Position numbers and translations under genes: made by a program
Notes under the pieces: generated by a model
Seen by the model: only the letters and a program-made list of their open reading frames with translations
What the model was told of the DNA's origin: nothing
Database searches by the model: none
Shown here: positions 62,908 through 64,000 of the stretch, piece by piece
How positions within the stretch are numbered: the stretch's first letter is position 1
Layout: the number at the start of each line of letters is the position of its first letter
IMG/VR virus record: IMGVR_UViG_3300044295_000252
Coordinates: 2,682-66,681 of that record
DNA: 64,000 nucleotides
Direction: 5' to 3' (one strand)
Origin: a virus
Lineage: Duplodnaviria; Heunggongvirae; Uroviricota; Caudoviricetes

Positions 62908-63294
62908 ATGATGCATTTGGAAGGCCCATGGCTCAGCACCACTGGTAAACGCAAGACCAAGCGTAAATTCCGTAATGCAGCCGAGGCTCAACGAGCACGT
63001 GACAACGCCAACAGCTGGCAAGAATTGCTGAAGCAGCACGAAGTAAAGCGTCAGGCCAGCCGTCGTAAACGCGCCATGACCGCCGCACCCTACGTGCCCA
63101 AGCCTCTTAGCTATCGCGGCAGTGAGCAGCCTCGTATCCCCAGCTTGCCCTTTACTGGCGATGCTTGTTCGCGTCCGCAGGACAAGGTCTATACTGGTAC
63201 TGCCATCAAGGGTATTGGTACCCTTCACAAAAGCAATGCGGTGCCAGTGTTCACTGACCAAGAAGCGGTGGATATCGCTCGCATGCGGAGATAA
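62908..63294 (+). CDS. Basic hypothetical protein of a type common in T4-like phages
   Basis: C-terminal YTG..KGIGTLHKSNAVPVF motif; SD GAGG. Confidence 0.65.
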   Translation: MMHLEGPWLSTTGKRKTKRKFRNAAEAQRARDNANSWQELLKQHEVKRQASRRKRAMTAAPYVPKPLSYRGSEQPRIPSLPFTGDACSRPQDKVYTGTAIKGIGTLHKSNAVPVFTDQEAVDIARMRR

Positions 63295-63295
63295 T

Positions 63296-63406
63296 ATGTA
63301 TTATATCGCTACTTTAATCTTGTCTGTGGTGTTGTTTCTAGGGCTAATCACATTATGTGTAGGTCTAGCACGGGTTGCTAGTTTTCTGTTTGAGAAAATG
63401 AAATAA
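63296..63406 (+). CDS. Small membrane peptide (36 aa)
   Basis: MYYIATLILSVVLFLGLITLCVG; SD GGAG. Confidence 0.5.
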   Translation: MYYIATLILSVVLFLGLITLCVGLARVASFLFEKMK

Positions 63407-63407
63407 C

Positions 63408-63593
63408 ATGGATCCATATCTCAAACATACATTATTTGCCATAGCCGCAGGGTGGTGGATCACCAGTGTACTGATATTGGATTTTTGGCCGCAGGTGTTC
63501 CTGGGCATTATTCTTGCCGTGGCAGCAAAAGTGCTAAGTTCATGGGAAGAGATGCAAACAACAAAAGAAGCAAAGGTGGAAGATGAAGAGTAA
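63408..63593 (+). CDS. Small two-TM membrane protein
   Basis: Hydrophobic stretches; 1 nt after the previous stop. Confidence 0.55.
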   Translation: MDPYLKHTLFAIAAGWWITSVLILDFWPQVFLGIILAVAAKVLSSWEEMQTTKEAKVEDEE

Positions 63594-64000
63594 ATGGGTA
63601 ATGGTGGATGTGGAAGCTGATGGCCCAGCACCGGGACTTTATAGCATGACAGAGCTGGGTGCTGTAATTGTGGAACCGGGTCTAACCCGTAGCTTTTATT
63701 CCACACTTGCGCCCATTAGTGATGAGTTTGTTCCCGGCGCGTTAGCTGTTACAGGTAAAACACGCGAACAAACTCTGGAGTTCACTAAGCCAGAAGTAGC
63801 TATGTTGCAGTTTGATCTTTGGCTACGACGTGAACTAGCGGATCAGGGCATTCGCCCCATGTTTATCAGCGACAACAATGGCTTTGACTGGCAATTTGTC
63901 AATTACTACAGTTGGCGCTTCACTAAAGGCAATAGGTTTGGGCACAGCTCAACCAATTTAGGAAGTTTGTACAAGGGTCTAAAGCGTGACTTTTTTGCTA
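63583..64000 (+). CDS. DEDD 3'-5' exonuclease, 3'-truncated (not in the ORF track)
   Basis: MKSKWVMVDVEADGP (ExoI DxE) and SDNNGFDWQF (ExoII); open to the window end. Confidence 0.75.
   Translation, partial: MKSKWVMVDVEADGPAPGLYSMTELGAVIVEPGLTRSFYSTLAPISDEFVPGALAVTGKTREQTLEFTKPEVAMLQFDLWLRRELADQGIRPMFISDNNGFDWQFVNYYSWRFTKGNRFGHSSTNLGSLYKGLKRDFFA

Noticed and set aside
1-64000. tRNA/rRNA genes, integrase, att sites or transposase
   Set aside because: No T-loop GGTTCRA motif in a cloverleaf context, no rRNA-like stretch and no recombinase or transposase motifs were noticed by eye; tRNAscan-SE would confirm.

Overview
A 64-kb segment of a large lytic, T4-like (jumbo-type) dsDNA tailed phage, almost entirely + strand. 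Family and host cannot be fixed from sequence alone; a Gram-negative host is inferred from an autotransporter gene. Layout: (1) 1-25.5 kb tail-fibre/adhesin cluster, including a 3095-aa coiled-coil fibre, its chaperone, a 1783-aa RCC1-repeat protein and glycosyl-/methyltransferases; (2) primase and helicase; (3) 28-35 kb late, probably head/structural, genes and a tailspike; (4) class Ia ribonucleotide reductase whose nrdA is fractured by a naturally split intein with a free-standing HNH endonuclease between the halves, then nrdB and glutaredoxin; (5) PAAR, M15 peptidase and SleB-like hydrolase; (6) a GC-richer early region with many small genes, a second endonuclease, RtcB and an HD (alarmone hydrolase-like) gene; (7) a complete type V autotransporter, radical SAM and GT2; (8) DNA ligase, a nucleotidyltransferase and small genes. 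Two promoter classes are visible: sigma70-like (often GGTTGAC..TATAAT) and T4-late-like nnTAAATA. Seven late promoters sit in or beside stem-loops that would hide the ribosome-binding site on read-through transcripts. Best leads: the split-intein nrdA, the nested 'propeller of propellers' RCC1 protein, the phage-borne autotransporter, the hairpin/late-promoter translation switch, a GGCTC repeat leader and a possibly virion-packaged nucleotidyltransferase. No tRNA, rRNA, CRISPR array, integrase or reverse transcriptase was seen. All family calls come from motif recognition by eye, not database searches.
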